Shown here: positions 1-9,633 of the stretch, in pieces
How positions within the stretch are numbered: the stretch's first letter is position 1
How the letters are laid out: each line of letters opens with the position of its first letter
Source: Betaproteobacteria bacterium
Lineage (GTDB): Bacteria; Pseudomonadota; Gammaproteobacteria; Burkholderiales; JAEUOS01
Assembly: GCA_028292405.1 (NCBI GenBank)
Contig: JAQGMJ010000083.1
Coordinates: 148,676-212,675 of the forward strand
Direction of reading: 5' to 3'
DNA: 64,000 bases
Notes under the pieces: model-generated
Database searches by the model: none
The model's input: only the letters and a program-made list of their open reading frames with translations
What the model was told of the DNA's origin: nothing
Program-made: the position numbers and the translations under genes

Positions 1-2
1 AC

Positions 3-806
3 GTCAAGCGCCTGGTGCGTGTCGATCAGAAGCCGATCGGCCGCACCCCGCGCTCCAACCTTGCCACCTACACCGGCCTGTTCGACCACGTGCGCAAGCT
101 GTTCGCCGCCACCCGCACCGCACGCGCCCGGCATTACGACGCCGGCCGCTTTTCCTTCAACGTCGCCAAGGGCCGCTGCGAAAACTGCGAAGGCGAAGGC
201 TTCGTCATGGTCGAGCTGCTGTTCCTGCCCAGCGTCTACGCGCCATGTCCTGTGTGCCAGGGCGCGCGCTACAACGCCAAGACCCTGGAAGTGCGCTACC
301 GCGAGAAGAACATCGCCGAGGTGCTGGGCATGACGGTGGACGCCGCCTGGGCCTTTTTCGAAGGCGAGGAGCAAATCCGCCGCTCGCTCTCCATCCTGCG
401 CGAAGTCGGCCTGGGCTACCTGCGCCTGGGCCAGCCCGCCACCGAGCTTTCCGGCGGCGAGGCGCAGCGTATCAAGCTCGCCACCGAATTGCAGCGCGCC
501 GCGCGCGGCGGCACCCTCTATGTGCTCGACGAACCGACCACCGGGCTGCATCCGGCCGACGTCGAGCGCCTGATCGCGCAACTCGACGAACTGGTGGCTG
601 CCGGCAACACCGTAATCGTGGTCGAGCACGACATGCGCGTGGCCGCCGCCAGCGACTGGCTGATCGACATCGGCCCCGGCGCGGGCGACGAAGGCGGGCA
701 GGTGGTCGCCGCCGCCCCGCCTGCCACGGTGGCGACAATGAAGGAGAGCCGCACCGCGCCCTACCTGGCGCGATTCCTGGCGGGTGGCGGCAGCGGCGCC
801 GCCTAG
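3..806 (+). CDS. uvrA: Excinuclease ABC subunit UvrA, C-terminal part (5' end outside the window)
   Basis: The frame is open from the window edge. The translation has [17 protein letters not shown], the zinc module [14 protein letters not shown], the ABC signature [12 protein letters not shown] and the Walker [13 protein letters not shown]. Confidence 0.95.
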   Translation, partial: VKRLVRVDQKPIGRTPRSNLATYTGLFDHVRKLFAATRTARARHYDAGRFSFNVAKGRCENCEGEGFVMVELLFLPSVYAPCPVCQGARYNAKTLEVRYREKNIAEVLGMTVDAAWAFFEGEEQIRRSLSILREVGLGYLRLGQPATELSGGEAQRIKLATELQRAARGGTLYVLDEPTTGLHPADVERLIAQLDELVAAGNTVIVVEHDMRVAAASDWLIDIGPGAGDEGGQVVAAAPPATVATMKESRTAPYLARFLAGGGSGAA

Positions 807-823
807 CGCCCGCCGCCCGAATC

Positions 824-2299
824 TCAGCGGCCGCGCCGGTCTTCAGGCCCGCCGCGGCCGTAATGCGCGCGCTTGGCCTCGTACATGCGGCGGTCGGCCT
901 GATTTTGCACCTGTTCCACCGGGGTGCCGGCTTCGCCGGTGGCCACGCCCACCGACAGGCTGAGGGGGACGCCGCTGTTGGCCTGTTCGGCCCGCTCAGT
1001 TGCCCGATTGCCGGCCCGCACCAGCGCCTGGATGCGCGTTGCCTTGTCCTGCGCGGCCACCGCGGCCTGTCCGGGCAGGAGCAGCGCAAACTCGTCGCCG
1101 CCGATGCGCGCGGCGACGTCGCCGGGCTGCGCCACCCGCGTGATCACCTCGGCGGCGCGACGCAGCAGCGCGTCGCCGGCCTCGTGGCCGCCGCCGTCGT
1201 TGGCCAGCTTGAGCCCGTTGAGATCGATCATCACGATGCTCACGGGGTAATTCTGTTCGCGCTCGGCCTGCTCGCAATGCTTCTCGAAGTAGCCGCGGTT
1301 GAACAGCCCGGTGAGCATGTCGTGGGTGCCGAGGTAGGCGATATGGGCATCGGCCTTCTTGCGCGCGGTGACGTCCGAGATGGCGATCAGCACCCGCTCC
1401 CAGGTCTCCTCGGCGCCGGGCAGCAGCTGGGTGCGCACCACCACGTCGAGCGCGCTGCCGTCGAGCGCGTAGTTGACGCCTTCGTATTCCGCTTCAAACT
1501 TGCCGCTCCACATGTCGAGCAACTGGGCGCGCCACAGCAGGCACATGTCGTCGCGCAGCACCCGGCCGATGCCGGCCACCAGTTCCTCCTGGCTGCCCGC
1601 GCGGTACAGCGCCAGGGTTTGCTGGTTCACCTGCAGCACCTTGATCAGCTTCAGGCTCTCGGCGAGCGCGCCCGGATGGTCGGCCAGGTAGCGCTGCAGG
1701 TTTTCCACGCCGGCCGCGCGCAGGCCCTCCAGCCAGGCCTTGACCGCGCTCTGGTCCTGCACCCACAGGGAAATCGGCGAATGCTCGAACAGGCTGCGCA
1801 CGTAACTCTGGTTGTGCGCGGCCTCATCAAGCGCGTGCTTGCGCTCGCCGATGTCGGTAAGCGAGATCAGGATGCGCGACCAGTCGTGCTCATGGCCGGG
1901 CAGGATGCTACGCGAAAGCTGCAGGTGGATCGCCCTGCCGTCGAGCGCGTAGTTGACCGTTTCCATCTCCATTTCCACGCAGCCCAGCCACAGGCTCTCC
2001 AGTTCCTTGCGGAAGTGCAGGTACATGTCGCCGCGGAACACGCGGTGCAGATTGTCCAGCAGCGCCTGGCGTGTCGGCGCACCGAACATCCGCAGCGTGT
2101 AGGCGTTGACGTCCACTACCTGGATCGCCGCGATGCATGCGTCGATCACCTGCGGATGGCCGTCCAGGTGGGCGCTCAGGTCGGTGACTCCCTGGGCGCG
2201 GAGCGCCTCCAGTTGCCCGCGGATGCCCGAGTAATCCTCGATCCACAGCGAAACCCTGGAGTGCTGGAAGACGTCTTGGAAATCGAGATCTGCGGACAT
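824..2299 (-). CDS. PAS-PAS-GGDEF diguanylate cyclase
   Basis: ATG at 2299 (MSADLDFQ). Two PAS-like repeats (..LWIEDYS.., ..LWVQDQS..) precede a GGDEF domain with an intact RIGGDEFALLL motif. The extension to 2437 looks non-coding. Confidence 0.85.
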   Translation of the reverse strand: MSADLDFQDVFQHSRVSLWIEDYSGIRGQLEALRAQGVTDLSAHLDGHPQVIDACIAAIQVVDVNAYTLRMFGAPTRQALLDNLHRVFRGDMYLHFRKELESLWLGCVEMEMETVNYALDGRAIHLQLSRSILPGHEHDWSRILISLTDIGERKHALDEAAHNQSYVRSLFEHSPISLWVQDQSAVKAWLEGLRAAGVENLQRYLADHPGALAESLKLIKVLQVNQQTLALYRAGSQEELVAGIGRVLRDDMCLLWRAQLLDMWSGKFEAEYEGVNYALDGSALDVVVRTQLLPGAEETWERVLIAISDVTARKKADAHIAYLGTHDMLTGLFNRGYFEKHCEQAEREQNYPVSIVMIDLNGLKLANDGGGHEAGDALLRRAAEVITRVAQPGDVAARIGGDEFALLLPGQAAVAAQDKATRIQALVRAGNRATERAEQANSGVPLSLSVGVATGEAGTPVEQVQNQADRRMYEAKRAHYGRGGPEDRRGR

Positions 2300-2778
2300 T
2301 GGCTTGGATGCGAGGGCGGTCAGGCTGAAGCGGACGGGAGGCGCAGCGAAATCGGCCTGGGGCGGACCAAGCATGCCACGACTCGTGGAGGTATGCCGTT
2401 TGCATGAGACTGCCAGGAGAGCATCAAGTTGCGCCATCCCCGGTCCGGGAGATTGGTGACAGGAGGTTTGCGATTTTCATGCCAGCGCGCATGCGCCTTG
2501 CACCATCCGGGCCCCGCGCCGCAAATAAATTGCCGCCGCCAGCGCGCAAGCGAGGACTGAAAATAAATCCGCCCGCGCACCTTGCATTCCCCCCCGATTC
2601 GCACGAAGTACCAACTCCGGGCTGCCGGGATCCCCTGCTGGTGTGTAAAACATGCCGCCTGCGCGCTCGTTTGACCAGAATCAAAAATACGGCCGGCGGT
2701 GCGATCAAGCTTTGCACGTTGCCGCATCAGCCTGATTTGCCGCCAAACCAATAAAGCATCTTTCCGGAGACCTTCATC

Positions 2779-3186
2779 ATGACTTTCAAGCACGCCATCG
2801 TCTGGATCGACCACGCCGAAGCGCACATCATGGCCTTCAACGCCGAAGAGGCGGAAGCCTCCCAGGTCAGAGCCCACTCCACCCACAAGAAGCAGCACCT
2901 GAAATCCGGCAAGCCGGGCAGCGGCCACGCACCTGACGACCATGCCTACTATCACGAGGTGGCGCAGGCGCTGGGCGATTCGGGCGAGATCCTGATCGTC
3001 GGCCCGGCCGGCGCCAAGCTGGCCCTGATCAAGCACCTGCACAAGCATGATCCCGGCCTGGCGCAAAAAGTGGTCGGCGTCGAAACCGTCGATCACCCCA
3101 GCGACGCCCAATTGCTGGCCTACGCGCGCCATTACTTCGTCGGCGCGGACCGCATGCGCGGCGACGAGGGCCTGCTGAAGAACTGA
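2779..3186 (+). CDS. Conserved hypothetical protein (family often auto-annotated as translational machinery protein)
   Basis: ATG at 2779 with GGAG about 10 nt upstream and GC3-rich codons. The N-terminus FKHAIVWIDHAEAHI resembles a conserved small-protein family of Burkholderiales. Confidence 0.7.
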   Translation: MTFKHAIVWIDHAEAHIMAFNAEEAEASQVRAHSTHKKQHLKSGKPGSGHAPDDHAYYHEVAQALGDSGEILIVGPAGAKLALIKHLHKHDPGLAQKVVGVETVDHPSDAQLLAYARHYFVGADRMRGDEGLLKN

Positions 3187-3326
3187 GACGGCGCGGCCGG
3201 CGGCTGGCGCGAAAGCGGCGCCGCCCGTATACTGCGCGACTTCCGCGAATCCGCCCCGGCGATTCGCACCGCGCCGGCTGCCACGGCAGCGCCTTGCGCG
3301 TTCACCGCCGCCCCCCGAAAAGCCTG

Positions 3327-4172
3327 ATGAAAATCCCCAAGCGGCTTGTGCCGCTGATCGAAGACGGTCTGATCGACGAAGTGATGCGCCAGCTGATGAG
3401 CGGCAAGGAGGCGATGGTCTTCGTCGTCCGCTGCGGCGATGAAGTGCGCTGCGCCAAGGTCTACAAGGAAGCCAACAAGCGCGCCTTTCGCCAGGCGGTG
3501 GACTACACGGAAAACCGCCGCACCAAGAACAGCCGGATGGCGCGCGCCATGGCCAAGGGCTCGCGCTTTGGCCGCGAGGCGCAGGAAGCGGCCTGGCAAA
3601 GCGCCGAGGTCGATGCGCTGTACCGCCTGGCCGCCGCCGGCGTGCGCGTGCCGGTGCCCTACAACTTCCACGAGGGCGTGCTGCTGATGGAGCTGGTGAC
3701 GGACGCCGAAGGCGCCGCCGCTCCGCGCCTGAACGACTGCAACTTCACCGCCGAGGAAGCCGTAGCCACCCACGCCACCCTGATCCGCGAAGTGGTGCGC
3801 ATGCTCTGCGCCGGGGTGATCCACGGCGACCTCTCCGAATTCAACATCCTGATCGGCGCCGACGGCCCGGTCATCATCGACCTGCCGCAGGCGGTGGACG
3901 CCGCCGGCAACAACCACGCGCCCGAGATGCTGGCGCGCGACGTCGGCAACCTGCGCAACTACTTCGGCCAGTACGCCCCGGAACTGCTCACCACCGACTA
4001 CGCCGGCGAGATGTGGGCGCTGTACCAGGCCGGCCTGCTGGCGCCCGAGACGCCGCTCACCGGCCTGCATATACGCGAAGAAAAAGCGGTGGACCTGGAA
4101 GGCGTGCTGCAGGAAATCGAGGACATCGAGCTGGAAGAAAAAGCCCGCCTGATGCGCCTGGACGAAGAGTAG
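3327..4172 (+). CDS. RIO1-family atypical serine protein kinase
   Basis: ATG at 3327 (MKIPKRL). It has the nucleotide-binding stretch SGKEAMVF..AKVYK, the catalytic loop HGDLSEFNIL and the metal-binding IDLPQAV typical of RIO kinases. Confidence 0.8.
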   Translation: MKIPKRLVPLIEDGLIDEVMRQLMSGKEAMVFVVRCGDEVRCAKVYKEANKRAFRQAVDYTENRRTKNSRMARAMAKGSRFGREAQEAAWQSAEVDALYRLAAAGVRVPVPYNFHEGVLLMELVTDAEGAAAPRLNDCNFTAEEAVATHATLIREVVRMLCAGVIHGDLSEFNILIGADGPVIIDLPQAVDAAGNNHAPEMLARDVGNLRNYFGQYAPELLTTDYAGEMWALYQAGLLAPETPLTGLHIREEKAVDLEGVLQEIEDIELEEKARLMRLDEE

Positions 4173-4675
4173 GGCGCCGTCGAAAGCAGCCTGTTGGCGC
4201 GCGTGCAAATCACTCACACTTAGCGCTTGAACTAGCGTATGTTTGGAACCATGGGTAGCGGCTTCGGGCTTGGTTTGAGCCCAGGTTGAGTCCGGCTTGA
4301 CCCGGGTTGCTGTCTGCACGCCGGTGCGCAAGCCAAGGGCCGCGAGGCCGATCGCCAGCCGTTTTGCGCAGGCCTACCACTTTTGTGGTGCCGTCCCGGT
4401 GCAGTGGGGGCGACGCGATTTGGGGAAAAACCTCGGGATTTATCAGGTTGCCCTGCCATCGCGGGCCATAAAAAATGCCGAAACCACCGTGATTTACCGT
4501 GGTTTTGCCCGAGCCCCGCCCCAAGCCGGTGCCTTAAAGGCACTGAAAATGTTGCGTATGTGACTCAATTTAAAGGAAATTGTCATGCTCTGATGGCAAA
4601 AACCGCGTACAATGGCGGGTTTTGCATCGCAGCAATGCGCCCGACCTTTCCCGGGCGTTCCCTCAAGGATTCATC

Positions 4676-6493
<1,818 letters not shown>

Positions 6494-6499
6494 ATGCTT

Positions 6500-6529
6500 C
6501 CGAAAAAAGTACACACCTACTTTTTTCGG
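6500..6529 (+). terminator. A/T-rich hairpin immediately after typA
   Basis: ccgaaaaaagta (6500-6511) pairs with tacttttttcgg (6518-6529) across a 6-nt loop, 7 nt after the typA stop. Confidence 0.45.
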
Positions 6530-6590
6530 GCCTGAAGTGGTTGAAATCGCCGGCAGAGCCGGACGATTTCACTGGACGTAAAAGGCTAGG

Positions 6591-6622
6591 AACAAAGGCG
6601 CCGTTTTCGCGGCGCCTTTGTT
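6591..6622. terminator. GC-rich hairpin between convergent typA and the heme-c operon (possible bidirectional terminator)
   Basis: aacaaaggcgccg (6591-6603) pairs with cggcgcctttgtt (6610-6622), a perfect 13-bp stem with A/T-rich flanks on both strands. Confidence 0.55.
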
Positions 6623-6687
6623 ATGTGGGGCGTGGCATTGTGCTTTTCGCGTTGCAGTGAGCTGCAGCGAAGCTGATGAACAGCAAG

Positions 6688-8334
6688 CTAGTCCAGCGGC
6701 GTGAGCTTGACTATCGAGGCGCCGTGGTTGCTGCCGGTCCACAGACTCGCGGGCCGCGTGCGGTCATCGACCGTGACGCGGCGCATATTGGTCTGTCGCG
6801 GCAGCAGGTACTCGACTGATTTTCCGGTGGCGGGGTCGAGGCGCAGCACGCGGTCGGTGGCCATCGAGCCGCTCCACACTTCGCCATGGCGGTCCAGCAC
6901 GATGTCGTAGGGGTAGGTGTGCGGCGTCGGCGCCGGCCACTCCTTGAACTCTTCGCGTTGCGTGTCGAACATCGCCACCTGGTTGGCGGCGTACTCGGCA
7001 AACCAGATGCGCCCACGCGCATCGATCATGCCGCGGCGCGGGCGCGAGCGTGGCGTCGGCGTCGGGTAGATGGTGGTCAGCCTGGTCTTGGCATCGACGC
7101 GCACCAGCGCCTCGCCGGCGAAGTCCATGAAGTAGAGGTTGTTGCCGGCGTCCGCTACCAGCCCGTAGGGAAAGTGGCTGCCGGCAGTCGGCAGGGTCTT
7201 GAACGGGTCGATGCGCTCGAAGGCACCGGTGGCAAGGTCCATGCGCAGCACCGACTGCTTGCTGCCTTCGTTGGCCCACACCTTGCCATCGACGGCCGAC
7301 TGGCGCGGCATCACCATGGTCTGCTGCGCGGCGTCGCCGTCGATCTCCGGCGGCAGGCGGAACACCTGGAACTTCTGCGTCTTGATGTCGAACTTCAGCA
7401 AACCGGACTGGAATACCGGCGCCAGCCACCAGTTGCCGTCGCGGTCCGGCTCGAAGCCGAGCGAGCCGGTGGGAAAGCCCGGCTTGTTCAGCGGATAGGC
7501 GAACTCGGTGTGCGCACCGGTCGCGGGGTCGAGGCGGCCGAAAAAGTTCTCGACGAAGTTGGTATACCAGGCGATGCCGTGGCTATCGAGCAGCACGTCG
7601 TGCGGGGCGATGCTCTTGCGCGGCAGGTCGTACTCGGTGATGAGCACGCGGGTGGCGCGGCCGCTCGGGCGCGGCAGGGTCTTCAGCGGATAGGTCCAGG
7701 TAGCGGACGTGCTGAGGTTGACGCTGGCCAGATAAGTGGCGAGCTTGCGGAAACTCTCGGGGTCAAAGGTGCGGTTGACGTGGCGCGTCTGCACTGCCGC
7801 CATGGTGCTGTTGTTGGCATAGGTGGCCATGCGCTCGAGCACCGGCAGCATCTGCTTGGCGCTGTATTTGCTGCGCGCGATTCGCTCGAGGGTGTGGCAG
7901 CTCATGCATTCGATCAGCGGGCGTTTCTGCGCCGCCTCGCCCGGCATGCTGAGCAGCCACTCGGCGTTGGAGAGTTGCGCGGCGAGGTCGGCGGCGCGGC
8001 GCAGCGTGAGATCGGCGCGGGCAGCCTTGCCGGCGGTGAGCGTGGCACTGTTCGGGCTCTCGAGTTCATAGCCGACGGCGCGGATCTGCAGCGTGTAGGC
8101 ACCGGGCTTGAGATGTGCGGCGGCAAAGTCGTAGCGCCCGTCGGCGCCGCTGACCACGGTGTAGGTGATGGTGGAGCCGGCAGCACGCGCACTGACCAGC
8201 ACGCCCTGCATGGCGCTTTCGGCGGCGGCGCTGATGCGGCCGCTGAGAGTGGCTTCGGTGGCCGCTGCTGCACTAGGCGCCCACACGGCGGCCGACAACA
8301 ACAGCGCCAGTACTAGCCGCGTTGCAGCCTGCAT
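6688..8334 (-). CDS. Secreted protein: beta-sandwich (carboxypeptidase-regulatory-like) domain, single CxxCH heme-c motif and Vgb/NHL-like beta-propeller
   Basis: ATG at 8334 gives the signal peptide MQAATRLVLALLLSAAVWAPSAAAA. CMSCH is encoded at 7894-7908. At least five blade-like repeats occur (HDVLLDSHGIAWYTNF, PDRDGNWWLA, ADAGNNLYFMDF, IDARGRIWFAEY, LDRHGEVWSGSM). Confidence 0.85.
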   Translation of the reverse strand: MQAATRLVLALLLSAAVWAPSAAAATEATLSGRISAAAESAMQGVLVSARAAGSTITYTVVSGADGRYDFAAAHLKPGAYTLQIRAVGYELESPNSATLTAGKAARADLTLRRAADLAAQLSNAEWLLSMPGEAAQKRPLIECMSCHTLERIARSKYSAKQMLPVLERMATYANNSTMAAVQTRHVNRTFDPESFRKLATYLASVNLSTSATWTYPLKTLPRPSGRATRVLITEYDLPRKSIAPHDVLLDSHGIAWYTNFVENFFGRLDPATGAHTEFAYPLNKPGFPTGSLGFEPDRDGNWWLAPVFQSGLLKFDIKTQKFQVFRLPPEIDGDAAQQTMVMPRQSAVDGKVWANEGSKQSVLRMDLATGAFERIDPFKTLPTAGSHFPYGLVADAGNNLYFMDFAGEALVRVDAKTRLTTIYPTPTPRSRPRRGMIDARGRIWFAEYAANQVAMFDTQREEFKEWPAPTPHTYPYDIVLDRHGEVWSGSMATDRVLRLDPATGKSVEYLLPRQTNMRRVTVDDRTRPASLWTGSNHGASIVKLTPLD

Positions 8335-8717
8335 TCGGTTTCCACCGCCTTGACGGTCGAGTTGGGCGAGGGCGGGCGGCGGATCACGCGGGTCTGCTTG
8401 TAGCCGTCCTTGGAGCAGGCGATGAGCACGTCGTCGGGCCGCACGTTTTCGTTCAGCGGACCGAAGTTGTACATGCCGGTGAGGTTGGTGCGGGCGATCA
8501 GGCGCGTGCCGTCCTTCACCGTGGCGGTGACCTTGGCATCGACCACGGCCTTGCCGTCGGCGTCCTTGACGAAGCCGAAGTAGGGCGTGCCGGTATCGAC
8601 GTGGTCGGGGTCTCCCATCTCGCCGCCGGCCCATGCCATTGCAGGGCAGGCCAGCAGAAGAGGCAGTGTGAACAGCTTGAACTTGCGCGGGAACATTATG
8701 GTTGGCGAAGACGCCAT
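8313..8717 (-). CDS. Small secreted beta-sandwich protein (carboxypeptidase-regulatory-like fold)
   Basis: Signal peptide MFPRKFKLFTLPLLLACPAMAWA. The body GFVKDADGKAVVDAKVTATVKDGTRLIARTNLTGMYNF resembles the N-domains of the two large neighbours. ATG 8717 lies 1 nt after the upstream stop, with an alternative ATG at 8696. The 3' end overlaps the next gene by 22 nt. Confidence 0.7.
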   Translation of the reverse strand: MASSPTIMFPRKFKLFTLPLLLACPAMAWAGGEMGDPDHVDTGTPYFGFVKDADGKAVVDAKVTATVKDGTRLIARTNLTGMYNFGPLNENVRPDDVLIACSKDGYKQTRVIRRPPSPNSTVKAVETECRLQRG

Positions 8718-8718
8718 G

Positions 8719-9057
8719 TCAGTGCAAAAAGAAGTTACGCAAAAGATAACCTAAAACGAGCGTGGCGATCAGCGGCGCCAGCCAGGCGAGCGCTGCTGGC
8801 AGGCGCCTGGTCAGCCCTTGCGGCAGCGCGCAGGCGATCAGCCCGGCGACAGCGCCAGTGATGGTGGAAGTGGCGATCCAGCCGTACCAGTACATCGCCG
8901 GCGCGTCGCGCGCCTTTTCCACGCCCAGGCCGAACTCGCCGGTGGCGGGGTGATAGGTGAAGAGGGCGTAGTTGTAGATCACCGCGACCACATAGGCGAT
9001 GACCGTGGCCAGCGAAAAGACGATGACGAAAACCGGCAGGCGAGCGTTCTGGTTCAT
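8719..9057 (-). CDS. Small integral membrane protein (about 3 TM)
   Basis: ATG at 9057 overlaps the upstream stop (ATGA). Hydrophobic segments include LPVFVIVFSLATVIAYVVAVIY, MYWYGWIATSTITGAVAGLIACAL and ALAWLAPLIATLVLGYLL. Third codon positions are GC-rich. Confidence 0.7.
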   Translation of the reverse strand: MNQNARLPVFVIVFSLATVIAYVVAVIYNYALFTYHPATGEFGLGVEKARDAPAMYWYGWIATSTITGAVAGLIACALPQGLTRRLPAALAWLAPLIATLVLGYLLRNFFLH

Positions 9058-9524
9058 GAGCCGAAACCCCGGATGTTGTTGAGAATGTGGCCGACCAGAA
9101 AATTCCACCAGACGAAGAATGCCAGCAGGCTGGTCAGCGCGACGCGGGCGCGGGCGTAGGCCGGCTCCAGCGACGCACGCCAGAAGTACCAGTAGGCCGG
9201 CAGCATCGCCAGGCCCAGCATGGCGAAGTGTTCCTTCAGTTCGAAGCTGCCGTTGGCGGCGGGCATCTGCAACTGCTCAAGCACCACGCGCACGTTGAGG
9301 CGATAAGCCGGATAAAGCCAGCCGCCGAGGAAAGTCGAAACAAGATAGAGCAGCACCACGGCATTGGCGTACGAGGTGGCGGGCACCGCGCGCAGCCGGG
9401 TAACAAAAGAGGCGGCGGCCGGCTTGCGCGCGGCCGACCAGACGCTGATGGCCTGGTGCGTGACGGCGCCGAGCAGCGCCACCGCGACCAGGCCGTGGAT
9501 GATTAACAGATAGGTTGGATTCAT
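9054..9524 (-). CDS. Integral membrane protein, 4 predicted TM helices carrying four His (possible b-type heme binder)
   Basis: ATG at 9524. TM segments lie around residues 5-25, 50-72, 98-117 and 128-148, with His at positions 10, 23, 99 and 146. Confidence 0.7.
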   Translation of the reverse strand: MNPTYLLIIHGLVAVALLGAVTHQAISVWSAARKPAAASFVTRLRAVPATSYANAVVLLYLVSTFLGGWLYPAYRLNVRVVLEQLQMPAANGSFELKEHFAMLGLAMLPAYWYFWRASLEPAYARARVALTSLLAFFVWWNFLVGHILNNIRGFGS

Positions 9525-9550
9525 GAGGCAGTACTCTTCAGCGGATCACC

Positions 9551-9577
9551 CAAACAAAACGCCCGGCGAGCCGGGCG
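9551..9577 (-). terminator. Intrinsic-terminator-like hairpin between the first and second genes of the heme-c operon
   Basis: On the minus strand, cgcccggc-tc-gccgggcg is followed by ttttgtttgg. It is preceded by a perfect 11-bp-stem hairpin at 9591-9617. Confidence 0.45.
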
Positions 9578-9633
9578 GGAAGGACCGCGCGCCGCCATGC
9601 GGTTTGCGCATGGCGGCACGGCCATCCTGTCGC

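Noticed and set aside
245-2407. 720-aa plus-strand ORF
   Set aside because: It is antisense to the PAS-GGDEF gene and out of frame with uvrA. The composition is Arg/Gly/Ala-rich junk with no motifs.
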